From positions 45,879 through 109,878 of the forward strand of contig DDUR01000061.1 of the NCBI GenBank assembly GCA_002344895.1: 64,000 nucleotides of DNA, given 5' to 3'. The first letter of the stretch is position 1; every line of letters begins with the position of its first letter. A program made the position numbers and the translations under genes. This stretch comes from Ignavibacteria bacterium UBA2333 (lineage in GTDB: Bacteria > Bacteroidota > Ignavibacteria > Kapaibacteriales > Kapaibacteriaceae). A model generated the notes under the pieces. It did no database searches. It was not told the origin of the DNA and saw only the letters and a program-made list of their open reading frames with translations. Below, piece after piece: positions 10,808 to 19,424 of this stretch.

Positions 10808-11452
10808 TTATCCGTTGGTCGTACGTGCACGTTTCCGACGTCGTACCCAATCTGGAACAGTGTTAAACACATAGTCCCACAATGGATTGCTGACGCCGTA
10901 GGCCGTGTGATCGTCCACGAAGTGATGCTTCATGTGATATTCCTTGAGGAATCTTCCTAAGCGTCCCTTCGGGTTAAAATGATGTGTTGCGTAGTGAATC
11001 GAGTCGTAAGCAACGTAACCAATCAAGAGTCCTGCAAACAAACCCCAATGGTAACCGGGCACAAGACCTCGCATGGACCAGTAAATCACAAGGGCAAGTG
11101 GCACGCTGACAAGTAACGGCATGACCAACCTCGTTGAGTCTCGCGGATAATCGTGATGAACTCCGTGTACGAGGAAATGCAGACGTCGCCCACGTTCCGT
11201 GCGTGGCTCAATATGAAATGCCCAGCGGTGAATGGTGTACTCAAGAAAGGTCCACAGTAACACTCCGAGCGGCAGCATGACCAGCGTGACCAACCACGAC
11301 AGTTCCATAGCGCCGTTCCATACGCACCATAGTACAACCGGGACGTAGACAACGACCGGTGTAATTGGATGGATGTGCGAAAAATATTCGAGAACAGGAT
11401 TCTCGAACATTCGAACAGTCTCATCCTTGTTCGAAATGAACTTGGCGCCCAT
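10808..11452 (-). CDS. Fatty acid hydroxylase superfamily di-iron membrane enzyme (FA2H/Scs7-like, no cytochrome b5 domain)
   Basis: Histidine boxes HRWAFH, HGVHHDYPRDSTRLVMP, HYATHHF and HMKHHF. Start set to the ATG at 11452 (MGAKFISN...). The longer tracked ORF would run into the divergent pbpC gene. Confidence 0.8.
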   Translation of the reverse strand: MGAKFISNKDETVRMFENPVLEYFSHIHPITPVVVYVPVVLWCVWNGAMELSWLVTLVMLPLGVLLWTFLEYTIHRWAFHIEPRTERGRRLHFLVHGVHHDYPRDSTRLVMPLLVSVPLALVIYWSMRGLVPGYHWGLFAGLLIGYVAYDSIHYATHHFNPKGRLGRFLKEYHMKHHFVDDHTAYGVSNPLWDYVFNTVPDWVRRRKRARTTNG

Positions 11453-11528
11453 GGATATCGGGTTTGATGTGGAGATGAAGGTTTGCGAAAATACGCGATT
11501 TCCGTCGAGTCCGTGATATTGCAGGATA

Positions 11529-13847
11529 ATGACGAGTTCCTCCGTACGCCCAACAGCTACAATTGTCCGCAAAGGGCTATTGATTGGCCTTTTTCTCTCA
11601 GCCATCGTTCTCTTCACCGATTGGCTTTGCCCCTTTTCGCCCCTTGTCCCAACGTCGACCATGGTGACGGATCGTGATGGCCGACCGCTAACGGTGTTTC
11701 TTGCACGGGATGAAAAGTGGAGGTTACCCGTTCGGCGTGCGGATGTGTCTCCCAGACTCATAGAGGCCTTTCTCGATAAGGAGGATCGTTATTTCCGGTG
11801 GCATCCTGGAGTTAATCCGTTCGCTATTCTCCGGGCAGGCTGGAAGAACATCACGTCGGGCCGGACAACGTCGGGAGCTTCAACCATTACCATGCAGGTT
11901 GCCCGGCTTCTCGAACCAAGGCCCCGAACGTTGTTATCAAAGGTTATCGAAGCATGGCATGCATTCCAGCTCGAACTGCATTACTCAAAGGATGAGATCC
12001 TGGAACTCTACCTGACCCTCATCCCGTACGGTGGGAACATTGAAGGTGTGGCCTCCGCCTCCGTATTCTATTTCGATCGAGAACCCTCCAGACTCACGTC
12101 GGCTGAAACAGCGCTACTGATGGTCGTCCCCAACCGTCCCACATCGCTGCGACTCGGTGAAAACAATGACCGCTTACGAATTGCACGCAATGTATGGTTG
12201 AGGGAATGGGGCAAAAGGGGCTTCATCTCTTATGATGAAATGGAGACAGCACTGCGTGAACCCGTCAATATTCGTCGTATTCCCACGCCGCGTTCTGCTT
12301 GGCACCTGAGTGTTCGTCTTCGGTCAGCGTGGCCATCAGAAAATTTTATCAAGAGTACAATTGACCGCGCACGCCAGGAACGCGTCGAGAGTTTGACGCT
12401 CCAACATGTCCGACGTCTACGGGCATTATCGATTAACAATGCTGCCGTCATCGTAATCGACAATCGAACGTCAGAGGTGATATCCTACGTCGGCTCTCAG
12501 GACCCACAAGACCTTGACTACCAGGGCCAAGTTGACGGCGTTAAAGCAGTTCGTTCTCCGGGTTCAACCCTCAAACCGTTTCTCTATGGTCTGGCACTTG
12601 ACAAAGGGATTCTGACACGTCGGACAGCGATAGAGGACGTTCCGGTAAACTATGACGGATATTCGCCGACGAATTTCGACGAACGTTACGATGGCCTTGT
12701 CACGATGTCGGATGCCCTTGCCAGATCCCTGAACGTCCCCGCTGTTTCAACGCTGGCCAAGGTTGGTATCCCTACCTTTCTTGAACTGTTACGCAAGGGA
12801 CGACTGTCAACAATTCAACGTGACCAGAAGCTACTTGGGCTGAGTGTTGTACTGGGTGGTTGTGGAACACGACTGGATGAGTTAACAGCAATGTATGCTT
12901 CTCTGGCGCGTGGTGGCCAATATGTGGCACCACGATGGACACGACGTGATGCACTGGGTGATACGACCCAACTTTTGAGCCCTGAAGCATCATGGATTCT
13001 TACGGACATTCTGTTGCAGAGAAATCGTCCAGACATGCCATCGAACGTCCACCTCACACCATCTGTACCAGTTGTTGCGTGGAAGACCGGCACGTCATAC
13101 GGCCGACGCGACGCATGGAGTATTGGCTATAACGCTGACTATACCGTTGGAGTATGGGTAGGAAACTTTACAGGTGTCGGTGTACCTGACCTCAGCGGAT
13201 CCACTGTTGCAACACCCCTCATGTTTGACATTTTTTCATCACTAGGTCGATCTGGTCACGATGTTTGGCATCAGAGACCATCGCGACTTGATATTCGTTA
13301 TGTGTGTTCAGTGACGGGCAATGTACCTGGTGACTCATGTAAGGACATCGTACTTGATGACTTCATACCCATGATCTCTCCAGCTCTTGAATGTAATCAC
13401 ATTCGTGAGGTCTTTGTGAACTCACGCGGAACAGTATCATACTGCACTGACTGTTTGCCACAACGCGGGTGGAAACGACAATTGTTTATCAATCTTCCGC
13501 CGGCCATCCTCACCTTCCTTCGTGATGAGCATCTACGTATTGCCGTCCCACCACCTCATGAATCGTCATGTACGCGCATAGAGCGCGATGGCAGCATTGC
13601 GATTGTTTCCCCTACAGAAGGCAAGGAATACATTCTTGAGGACGAAGGCGAACGACGTCTTCTGCTCCAATGTCACACATCGGCGGATGCCACCACGGTG
13701 TATTGGTATCTCAACGACGTCTTTATCACCTCTGCACCACCTGGGGGTAATGTGCTTGTCAAACCACACGCAGGTAACAACACGGTAACGGTTACGGATA
13801 ACAGAGGCCGTTCAGCCACCGTTTCGTTTACAGCAACGGTCTGGTGA
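11529..13847 (+). CDS. pbpC: Penicillin-binding protein 1C (bifunctional transglycosylase/transpeptidase-fold)
   Basis: GT51 motifs EDRYFRWHPGVN and GASTITMQVAR. Transpeptidase motifs SPGSTLKP (SxxK) and WKTGTS (KTG). PBP1C-type C-terminal beta domain. Confidence 0.85.
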   Translation: MTSSSVRPTATIVRKGLLIGLFLSAIVLFTDWLCPFSPLVPTSTMVTDRDGRPLTVFLARDEKWRLPVRRADVSPRLIEAFLDKEDRYFRWHPGVNPFAILRAGWKNITSGRTTSGASTITMQVARLLEPRPRTLLSKVIEAWHAFQLELHYSKDEILELYLTLIPYGGNIEGVASASVFYFDREPSRLTSAETALLMVVPNRPTSLRLGENNDRLRIARNVWLREWGKRGFISYDEMETALREPVNIRRIPTPRSAWHLSVRLRSAWPSENFIKSTIDRARQERVESLTLQHVRRLRALSINNAAVIVIDNRTSEVISYVGSQDPQDLDYQGQVDGVKAVRSPGSTLKPFLYGLALDKGILTRRTAIEDVPVNYDGYSPTNFDERYDGLVTMSDALARSLNVPAVSTLAKVGIPTFLELLRKGRLSTIQRDQKLLGLSVVLGGCGTRLDELTAMYASLARGGQYVAPRWTRRDALGDTTQLLSPEASWILTDILLQRNRPDMPSNVHLTPSVPVVAWKTGTSYGRRDAWSIGYNADYTVGVWVGNFTGVGVPDLSGSTVATPLMFDIFSSLGRSGHDVWHQRPSRLDIRYVCSVTGNVPGDSCKDIVLDDFIPMISPALECNHIREVFVNSRGTVSYCTDCLPQRGWKRQLFINLPPAILTFLRDEHLRIAVPPPHESSCTRIERDGSIAIVSPTEGKEYILEDEGERRLLLQCHTSADATTVYWYLNDVFITSAPPGGNVLVKPHAGNNTVTVTDNRGRSATVSFTATVW
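11629..11646 (+). repeat. Bipartite C-tract motif copy (GCCCCTTTTCGCCCCTTG)
   Basis: Inside pbpC just after the N-terminal TM anchor (CPFSPLVP). Confidence 0.6.
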
Positions 13848-14369
13848 CTAAGAGATTCCCATCGCACGATGCATCTCGTCGCCGTAATCGGTGAGGATTT
13901 CCTCTCCGGCAGCAATACGACGCATTGCAACGATGTGAATCTTACCGCCATCTGTTACATACTCTGCATTAGGTCGGCGTCCGCTTCCATGGTAGTCACA
14001 GGCATAGCGCGCAACACCAGCGGACGTCTTGCGTGCATCAATAACGTGTTTACTATCAAGCTGAATACCGTACGACCCCATGGCATCGTCACCATAACGA
14101 CGATCATACTGATCAACAGTAAGCTTTTCTCCTCCGTACTCGCAGATCACTTCGTCCTTCTTAAAACCGCGAGTGGCAAAGAGTCCCATTCCTGCTAACG
14201 GGATGGTGCTCTTTGCCACACGCAGTCCAAGAACCTGTTCCGTATGTGGACCACAATACGGATGCGTTTTTGTTGTTTTGCGTTTGCAACGTCCCTTTTC
14301 ATTTCGGAACGCGCACTGCTTTGTTACGTTGATGGAGTGTCGCTTCATAGGGCGCGAAGATACGCCCAA
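13848..14369 (-). CDS. SET-domain protein (putative lysine methyltransferase) with N-terminal CCCH knuckle
   Basis: It aligns by eye with minimal SET proteins: GMGLFATRGFKKDEVICEY, ...RRPNAEY..., IAAGEEILTDYG. It has an N-terminal C-x8-C-x11-C-x2-H. The stop abuts the pbpC stop with zero spacer, and the start is 10 nt after the TonB receptor stop. Confidence 0.75.
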   Translation of the reverse strand: MGVSSRPMKRHSINVTKQCAFRNEKGRCKRKTTKTHPYCGPHTEQVLGLRVAKSTIPLAGMGLFATRGFKKDEVICEYGGEKLTVDQYDRRYGDDAMGSYGIQLDSKHVIDARKTSAGVARYACDYHGSGRRPNAEYVTDGGKIHIVAMRRIAAGEEILTDYGDEMHRAMGIS

Positions 14370-14379
14370 TGCCGCCTAC

Positions 14380-16734
14380 CTAGAGTGTGTATTCAACGCC
14401 AAGGAACCAATTTCTTCGCGCAGCAGGAAAGAACTCCTTACCTGTGGCACCGCTGATCCACGGTCGGTCAAGGACGTTAAAGACCTGAAGACGCAGGCGA
14501 AGGTCGGATACCACATCAACAGATCCAACCATGTTCACGATGACAGCTTGATCCACTCGATTCTCGTCGTAACCAAGAGAGGCAGCCAGGCTTGCACGCT
14601 CCTCAAGGGAGAGTCGATGACGATCATCCGTGTTATCCGAATAGAACTCGCCGAGGAACTTGGTCGTGATGTCCAGACGAACTGGACCAACGGCGGAACG
14701 AAATCCAACGTTGGCAAGAAATTCAGGGAAACCGGCAATACGATTCCCATTGAGGTTTACCGTACGATCGTCGAGAACGAGTGTGTAGTCAACAATCCGA
14801 TTTCTCGATATCGTCGCATTTGCCCAAAGTGTACACTCGAGGTCATCAGAAGGGCGAATGGTATACGATGCTTGTACCTCGATACCGGCGTGATACGACC
14901 TTGGCGCATTACCTTCAATCGGAAGTCCAAAGATATCCCGCTGGCCATTCTTTACGAGTTCATTCGTAAAGTCCATATAGTATCCAGTTATCGTTGCACG
15001 CAGCTTCTCGTCCGTCCACGAATACTGAGCCTCGATATCGAGCATACGCTCAGGTTGGACAAGTGGTTTTGAGAAATCATATCGCACAACACCACCCGAC
15101 GTATCTGCCGCAAAACGTGGAGTTACACCATACCAAGCTTCAGAAGCAGCATAGAGGTTGTTGCGGCGTGGCTCGCGCGACGTCATGGATACGCTGATAA
15201 ACGATGACTGAAACTCATCGATATTCCAGTGTACACCTAATCGCGGATTAGCGAAAGTGTAACGAACATTAAAGATGTCTCCCCCATTACCCACACTTCC
15301 ACCGTTTACCGTCATATACGATGTTTGCCGTCCTCCTTGCCACTCATTTGTCACGCCATACCGATGCGTTACAACCTGGAGTTCTGTTGTCACTGACACA
15401 TCATCATTCACGACCCATATTTGTCGTGCAAACGCGCTGAATATGTCTCGTTCACCTTCGTAGGAGTAAAACTTTCGATCAGGATCGTACGCGTCCGGCA
15501 GCTGTTCGGCATATCGAATGCGTCCGTAATGATCACTGCGATGGAGACGAATTTCTAGTCCAGCCGTAAGCTGGCCAAGGTCGTTCTCCCAAACAAGACG
15601 TGGTATCCACCCTCCATGTCGGTTGTCAACAACAGCACGGACGATAGTATTGGTTGGCCGAACATTTTCACCGAGGCCATAGGGATCATCATAGTAGATG
15701 CTCCATGATGCATCGTAGTCGAAAAACCCTTCGCCCGTATAGTAAAACAACGAACTCTTCAACGTAAGCCCGTCTGTGATGCTCCAGTCGTTAAGAAGCT
15801 CATAGTGCGGCTGTGAGAAATTTTCAAGTTCTTGCGGCCGTCGTTCCACAGAATATTCGAGATTCCTCCCGGTGGAATCGTAGCCGAAATCGCTGAGATT
15901 TCTCGTTCGCAGATTGGCGTCAAGGGCCCATGCACGTGGTAATCCAGTGTATGCTAGTCCATCGGATATTGGCCCACCAAAGACGTTAATCTGCGTTGTT
16001 ACCGACTCATCAAATCGTGCGGCAGAGAAGAACCACGACGTAAGATTTGCCCACGACTGGTCACGATATCCCTGTGAGTTGATACGCGATATACGCGCAC
16101 TCACGGCATAGTTCCCAACGAGTCCGGATGCGAGCTCTAGAGAATACTTCTCAACGGCCGGAGCCACAGAACGGTCAAAGGGATTTACGGTGGAGCGCTC
16201 TGCTGCAATTCCTTCCTGCCAGCCAATACCTGTGGTAAGGCGCGCAAGGGGCTGATCGAGCAGATTTGACGTTGTAAGATTGACTGAACCACCGATAGCT
16301 GCAGCACCGTAGTTCACGAGGCCGGCACCCCGCTGAACCTGTATTGAGCTGAGTGACGAACCGATATCGGGCATGTTGATCCAATAGACATTGTGGTCCT
16401 CGGGATCATTCTGTGGTATGCCGTTTACCAGCACGGCTATTCTTCGCTGGTCGAATCCCCGAATCGTGAGATTGGTATATCCAATACCGTTGCCGTTCTC
16501 ACTCACAGCGAGGGTCGACGGAAGGTCGGCCAACGTAGTTGGAAGGTCTCGGACGATGGGAGTTCGACGCAGTTCGGCGTTGCCGATCTCGTCGTAGACG
16601 ACCGGATGCAGCCTATTCACCGCACGTGTTGACGTGACGGAGATTGCCGGTACGGTAATCGTCTTGATGGGTGGTGTCGTCGTTGTGTCGACAACCGGAT
16701 CTGTCGCCAGGACGGCGAACAATAGGTGGAGCAT
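14380..16734 (-). CDS. TonB-dependent outer-membrane receptor, predicted thiamine or thiamine-precursor transporter
   Basis: Plug-domain motifs (NLTIRGFDQRRIAVLVNGIPQND) and a long beta-barrel with aromatic-rich strands. Start moved to the ATG at 16734 (MLHLLFAVLA...) because the upstream 45 tracked codons are a TPP riboswitch. Confidence 0.85.
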   Translation of the reverse strand: MLHLLFAVLATDPVVDTTTTPPIKTITVPAISVTSTRAVNRLHPVVYDEIGNAELRRTPIVRDLPTTLADLPSTLAVSENGNGIGYTNLTIRGFDQRRIAVLVNGIPQNDPEDHNVYWINMPDIGSSLSSIQVQRGAGLVNYGAAAIGGSVNLTTSNLLDQPLARLTTGIGWQEGIAAERSTVNPFDRSVAPAVEKYSLELASGLVGNYAVSARISRINSQGYRDQSWANLTSWFFSAARFDESVTTQINVFGGPISDGLAYTGLPRAWALDANLRTRNLSDFGYDSTGRNLEYSVERRPQELENFSQPHYELLNDWSITDGLTLKSSLFYYTGEGFFDYDASWSIYYDDPYGLGENVRPTNTIVRAVVDNRHGGWIPRLVWENDLGQLTAGLEIRLHRSDHYGRIRYAEQLPDAYDPDRKFYSYEGERDIFSAFARQIWVVNDDVSVTTELQVVTHRYGVTNEWQGGRQTSYMTVNGGSVGNGGDIFNVRYTFANPRLGVHWNIDEFQSSFISVSMTSREPRRNNLYAASEAWYGVTPRFAADTSGGVVRYDFSKPLVQPERMLDIEAQYSWTDEKLRATITGYYMDFTNELVKNGQRDIFGLPIEGNAPRSYHAGIEVQASYTIRPSDDLECTLWANATISRNRIVDYTLVLDDRTVNLNGNRIAGFPEFLANVGFRSAVGPVRLDITTKFLGEFYSDNTDDRHRLSLEERASLAASLGYDENRVDQAVIVNMVGSVDVVSDLRLRLQVFNVLDRPWISGATGKEFFPAARRNWFLGVEYTL

Positions 16735-16766
16735 GGACGTGCCCGAGTGTTGGTGTAACAATCGCC

Positions 16767-16882
16767 ACGTCCGTTCGAGGATGGAACGGTCTTTCCGCTT
16801 CCCTACGCCGGTATTACCCGGATCAGGTTCCAAGAGTGTGATCTCAGCCGATGTTTTTTCTATCGGCACCTCTAACGGACGT
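16767..16882 (-). promoter_or_regulatory. TPP (THI-box) riboswitch; aptamer about 16794-16879 plus expression platform
   Basis: Minus strand reads ...UCCGUUAGAGGUGCCGAUAGAAAAAACAUCGGCUGAGAUCACACUCUUGGAACCUGAUCCGGGUAAUACCGGCGUAGGGAAGCGGA... The conserved CUGAGA and ACCUGAUCnGGnUAAUnCCnGCGUAGGGA blocks are present. P1 (UCCGUU/AGCGGA), P3 (GCCGAU/AUCGGC) and P5 (CCGG/CCGG) pair correctly. Downstream GAACGGACGU can pair either with CCGUUC or with the 5' ACGUCCGUU strand. Confidence 0.9.
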
Positions 16883-16883
16883 A

Positions 16884-16891
16884 CAAAAATA
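16884..16891 (-). promoter_or_regulatory. -7 box TATTTTTG (TAnnTTTG) driving the TPP riboswitch and receptor
   Basis: Exact motif on the minus strand, ending 2-5 nt before the first riboswitch nucleotides. Confidence 0.5.
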
Positions 16892-16900
16892 CGCGGACCG

Positions 16901-16908
16901 TATCTTTG
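16901..16908 (+). promoter_or_regulatory. -7 box TATCTTTG (TAnnTTTG) upstream of murA
   Basis: Exact motif, about 50 nt before the murA GTG at 16960. It is divergent from the riboswitch promoter. Confidence 0.4.
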
Positions 16909-16932
16909 AACAGCAATCGCTTAAAAATTGCA

Positions 16933-16950
16933 GCCCCCTTCACCCCCTTC
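16933..16950 (+). repeat. Bipartite C-tract motif copy (GCCCCCTTCACCCCCTTC)
   Basis: In the murA 5' leader, sense orientation, 10-27 nt upstream of the GTG at 16960. Confidence 0.6.
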
Positions 16951-16959
16951 CTTGCCTCC

Positions 16960-18222
16960 GTGGATAAATTCATTGTTGAAGGTCCTGTACGCCTTCAGGG
17001 TACCGTAACGGTCTCTGGCGCAAAAAACGCCTCACTTGCCCTCATGCCTGCATGTTTGCTGGCACCGGGTATTTACCACCTCGGCAATACACCGAACAAT
17101 CGAGATGTGTGGACGTTCTCGCGGCTCCTTGGTTCGCTTGGAGTACATGCAGAGCTGAACTCAAACACACTGTTTCTCGACTCGTCAACGATTACGAGTT
17201 ACGAAGCACCGTATGACCACGTCAAAAAAATGCGTGCGTCGATCTACGTTTTAGGCCCACTGGTTGCCCGTTATGGTCAGGCTCGCGTTTCGCTACCCGG
17301 TGGATGCAACTTCGGCCCCAGGCCAGTTGACCTGCACCTTAAAGGACTTGAACGTCTGGGAGCAAAGATTGAAGTAGAGGGAGGGTACATCGTTGCAACA
17401 GCGGATCGTCTCCAAGGCAACCATGTACATTTTGACGTTTCAAGTGTTGGTGCCACGGTGAACGTACTGATGGCAGCCGTGCTGGCCAAGGGCCAGTCAG
17501 TATTCACGAATGCAGCCCTAGAGCCTGAAGTAACAGCCCTTGCCCGCATGCTCGTGAAAATGGGAGCACGTATTGAGGGTATTGGCACAACAACACTCGA
17601 AATAGAAGGTGTTGACACACTTAAGCCCGTCAACGAAGAAACAATACCTGATCGGATCGAAGCAGCAACGTACCTTATCGCAGCTGCTATGACACGTGGC
17701 GATGTGACACTCAAGAACGTAAATCCATATCACCTCGCTGCTGTTGTTCAAAAACTTGAGGAATCGGGTGCGGAACTCGATGTAACAGGCGAAACGATTC
17801 GAATTACCATGAATGATGCGCCGAATGCCGTCGACATCACGACGGCACCATATCCGGGATATCCCACGGATGCTCAAGCGCAATGGGCAGCCTACATGAT
17901 GTTGGCAAACGGTGCAAGTACGATCAAGGATACCATCTATCCAACACGATTCGGATATGTACCAGAGCTTCATCGCCTTGGCGCAGAAATCGAAGTGACC
18001 GATGGCGCTTGTGTAGTCAAGGGTGGTCGCCGATTAACCGGTGCAACCGTGATGTCAAGTGATCTGCGTGCTAGCGCATCACTCGTTATGGCCGCAATGG
18101 TGAGTGAAGGTCGGTCAGAAATCCTTCGTGTATACCACATTGATCGAGGCTATGAAGCAATTGAGCGTCGGCTAACTGCTTTGGGCGCTGTCATCCGCCG
18201 TGAGCATACGGAGGAGTACTGA
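16960..18222 (+). CDS. murA: UDP-N-acetylglucosamine 1-carboxyvinyltransferase
   Basis: VDKFIVEGPVRLQGTVTVSGAKNASLALMPA N-terminus, active-site loop LPGGCNFGPRPVDLH, and C-terminal HIDRGYE. Start set to the in-frame GTG at 16960. The 18 upstream tracked codons are a C-tract leader. Confidence 0.95.
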   Translation: MDKFIVEGPVRLQGTVTVSGAKNASLALMPACLLAPGIYHLGNTPNNRDVWTFSRLLGSLGVHAELNSNTLFLDSSTITSYEAPYDHVKKMRASIYVLGPLVARYGQARVSLPGGCNFGPRPVDLHLKGLERLGAKIEVEGGYIVATADRLQGNHVHFDVSSVGATVNVLMAAVLAKGQSVFTNAALEPEVTALARMLVKMGARIEGIGTTTLEIEGVDTLKPVNEETIPDRIEAATYLIAAAMTRGDVTLKNVNPYHLAAVVQKLEESGAELDVTGETIRITMNDAPNAVDITTAPYPGYPTDAQAQWAAYMMLANGASTIKDTIYPTRFGYVPELHRLGAEIEVTDGACVVKGGRRLTGATVMSSDLRASASLVMAAMVSEGRSEILRVYHIDRGYEAIERRLTALGAVIRREHTEEY

Positions 18223-18230
18223 ACCATCGC

Positions 18231-19421
18231 TTGAGATTGATGCTGCGAGTTCTCGCACTTATCGTTGTTGTTCTTGCGACAGCGCATTCGTCCTATGGTC
18301 AGTCAGTTGAAGATCGTCGCAAAGAACTTCAGCGCTTAAAGTCCTCGATTGAGTCAACGCGAAATCGCATTGACGCACTTCGTAAACGTGAATCAGGGGC
18401 GATGAAGTCACTGACGTCGGTCCAACGTCAACGTCACCGTCTTGCGGCATTTATCGCTGAACTCGAGGCAGACCTTACAGCTCTACGCGATTCGGCTACA
18501 AGTGTTCAGCGAGGGATAGAGCAAACACGATCCGAACTGCGCGCAGCAGAACAAGCGTACTCTGATGCCTCCTCAAGGTTATTGGCGTTAAAGGCGCGAC
18601 GTAGAGGTTCCGAAGACGTGCGAGTAACGACGGACGTTATGTATCGGACGTTAACGGAGAATGTGACGACGTATACATACCGGATGCGCAGACTAACGGA
18701 TTCGCTCGATGAACAGAAAACATTACTGGAAGCGTATTCTTCAACGCAAGAACAGCTGCTGGCAACGAAGGCACAAGAGGACCGCCAGTTAACAACAACA
18801 ATTGCAAAGTCTCGATCACAACTGGCCTCAATTCGCAAGAACCGTACGTCACTCGAGCGAGAACTCTCTCAAAAACGACGGAGTCTTTCTAAGATGAGTG
18901 GCATCATAGCGAATCTTGAAAAGAAGGAACGAGCGCAGCGTGCACGACGTGAACGAGAGGCACGTGCACGAGCCAACCGCACAAAGACACCAGAGATAAC
19001 TCCCGCTCCTCCTCGGCACACAGCTGGTGGTTTTGCACCTCGTTCGTTACCGTGGCCTACAGCGTCACGCACTCTTATCCATGGATATGGCACCTATCGC
19101 AATGAAGCAACTGGAACCACGTTCGAAAATCCAGGTATAGATATCAAGTCAGGCAACGGCTCACGTGTTACTGCCGTGGCAGATGGTGATGTAAGCAGCG
19201 TTTCATTTTTACCTGGATTCGGCTCACTTGTAATTATCGACCATCACAACGGTTATCGAACGGTGTATGCAAATCTTGCAACCGTTACTGTTCGTGAAGG
19301 GTCAAACGTGCGCGCAGGAACGACGTTAGGAACAAGTGGTGAGAATGTGGACGGTGAACTAGTTCACTTTGAGATCTGGTACGGACGTACACGCAAGAAT
19401 CCAAGCGCATATCTACGGTAG
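18231..19421 (+). CDS. EnvC-like murein hydrolase activator (coiled coil plus degenerate LytM/M23 domain)
   Basis: Signal peptide, about 230 aa of heptad-rich coiled coil, then a C-terminal M23 fold. In that fold the HxxxD motif reads NPGID, the middle His is Asn (VYANL) and HxH reads LVH. Most Zn/catalytic ligands are therefore lost. Confidence 0.75.
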   Translation: MRLMLRVLALIVVVLATAHSSYGQSVEDRRKELQRLKSSIESTRNRIDALRKRESGAMKSLTSVQRQRHRLAAFIAELEADLTALRDSATSVQRGIEQTRSELRAAEQAYSDASSRLLALKARRRGSEDVRVTTDVMYRTLTENVTTYTYRMRRLTDSLDEQKTLLEAYSSTQEQLLATKAQEDRQLTTTIAKSRSQLASIRKNRTSLERELSQKRRSLSKMSGIIANLEKKERAQRARREREARARANRTKTPEITPAPPRHTAGGFAPRSLPWPTASRTLIHGYGTYRNEATGTTFENPGIDIKSGNGSRVTAVADGDVSSVSFLPGFGSLVIIDHHNGYRTVYANLATVTVREGSNVRAGTTLGTSGENVDGELVHFEIWYGRTRKNPSAYLR

Positions 19422-19424
19422 GTC

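Noticed and set aside
14173-15072. 299-aa ORF on the plus strand
   Set aside because: It is entirely antisense to the SET-domain gene and the TonB-dependent receptor, both of which have clear family motifs. It has no recognisable motif of its own.
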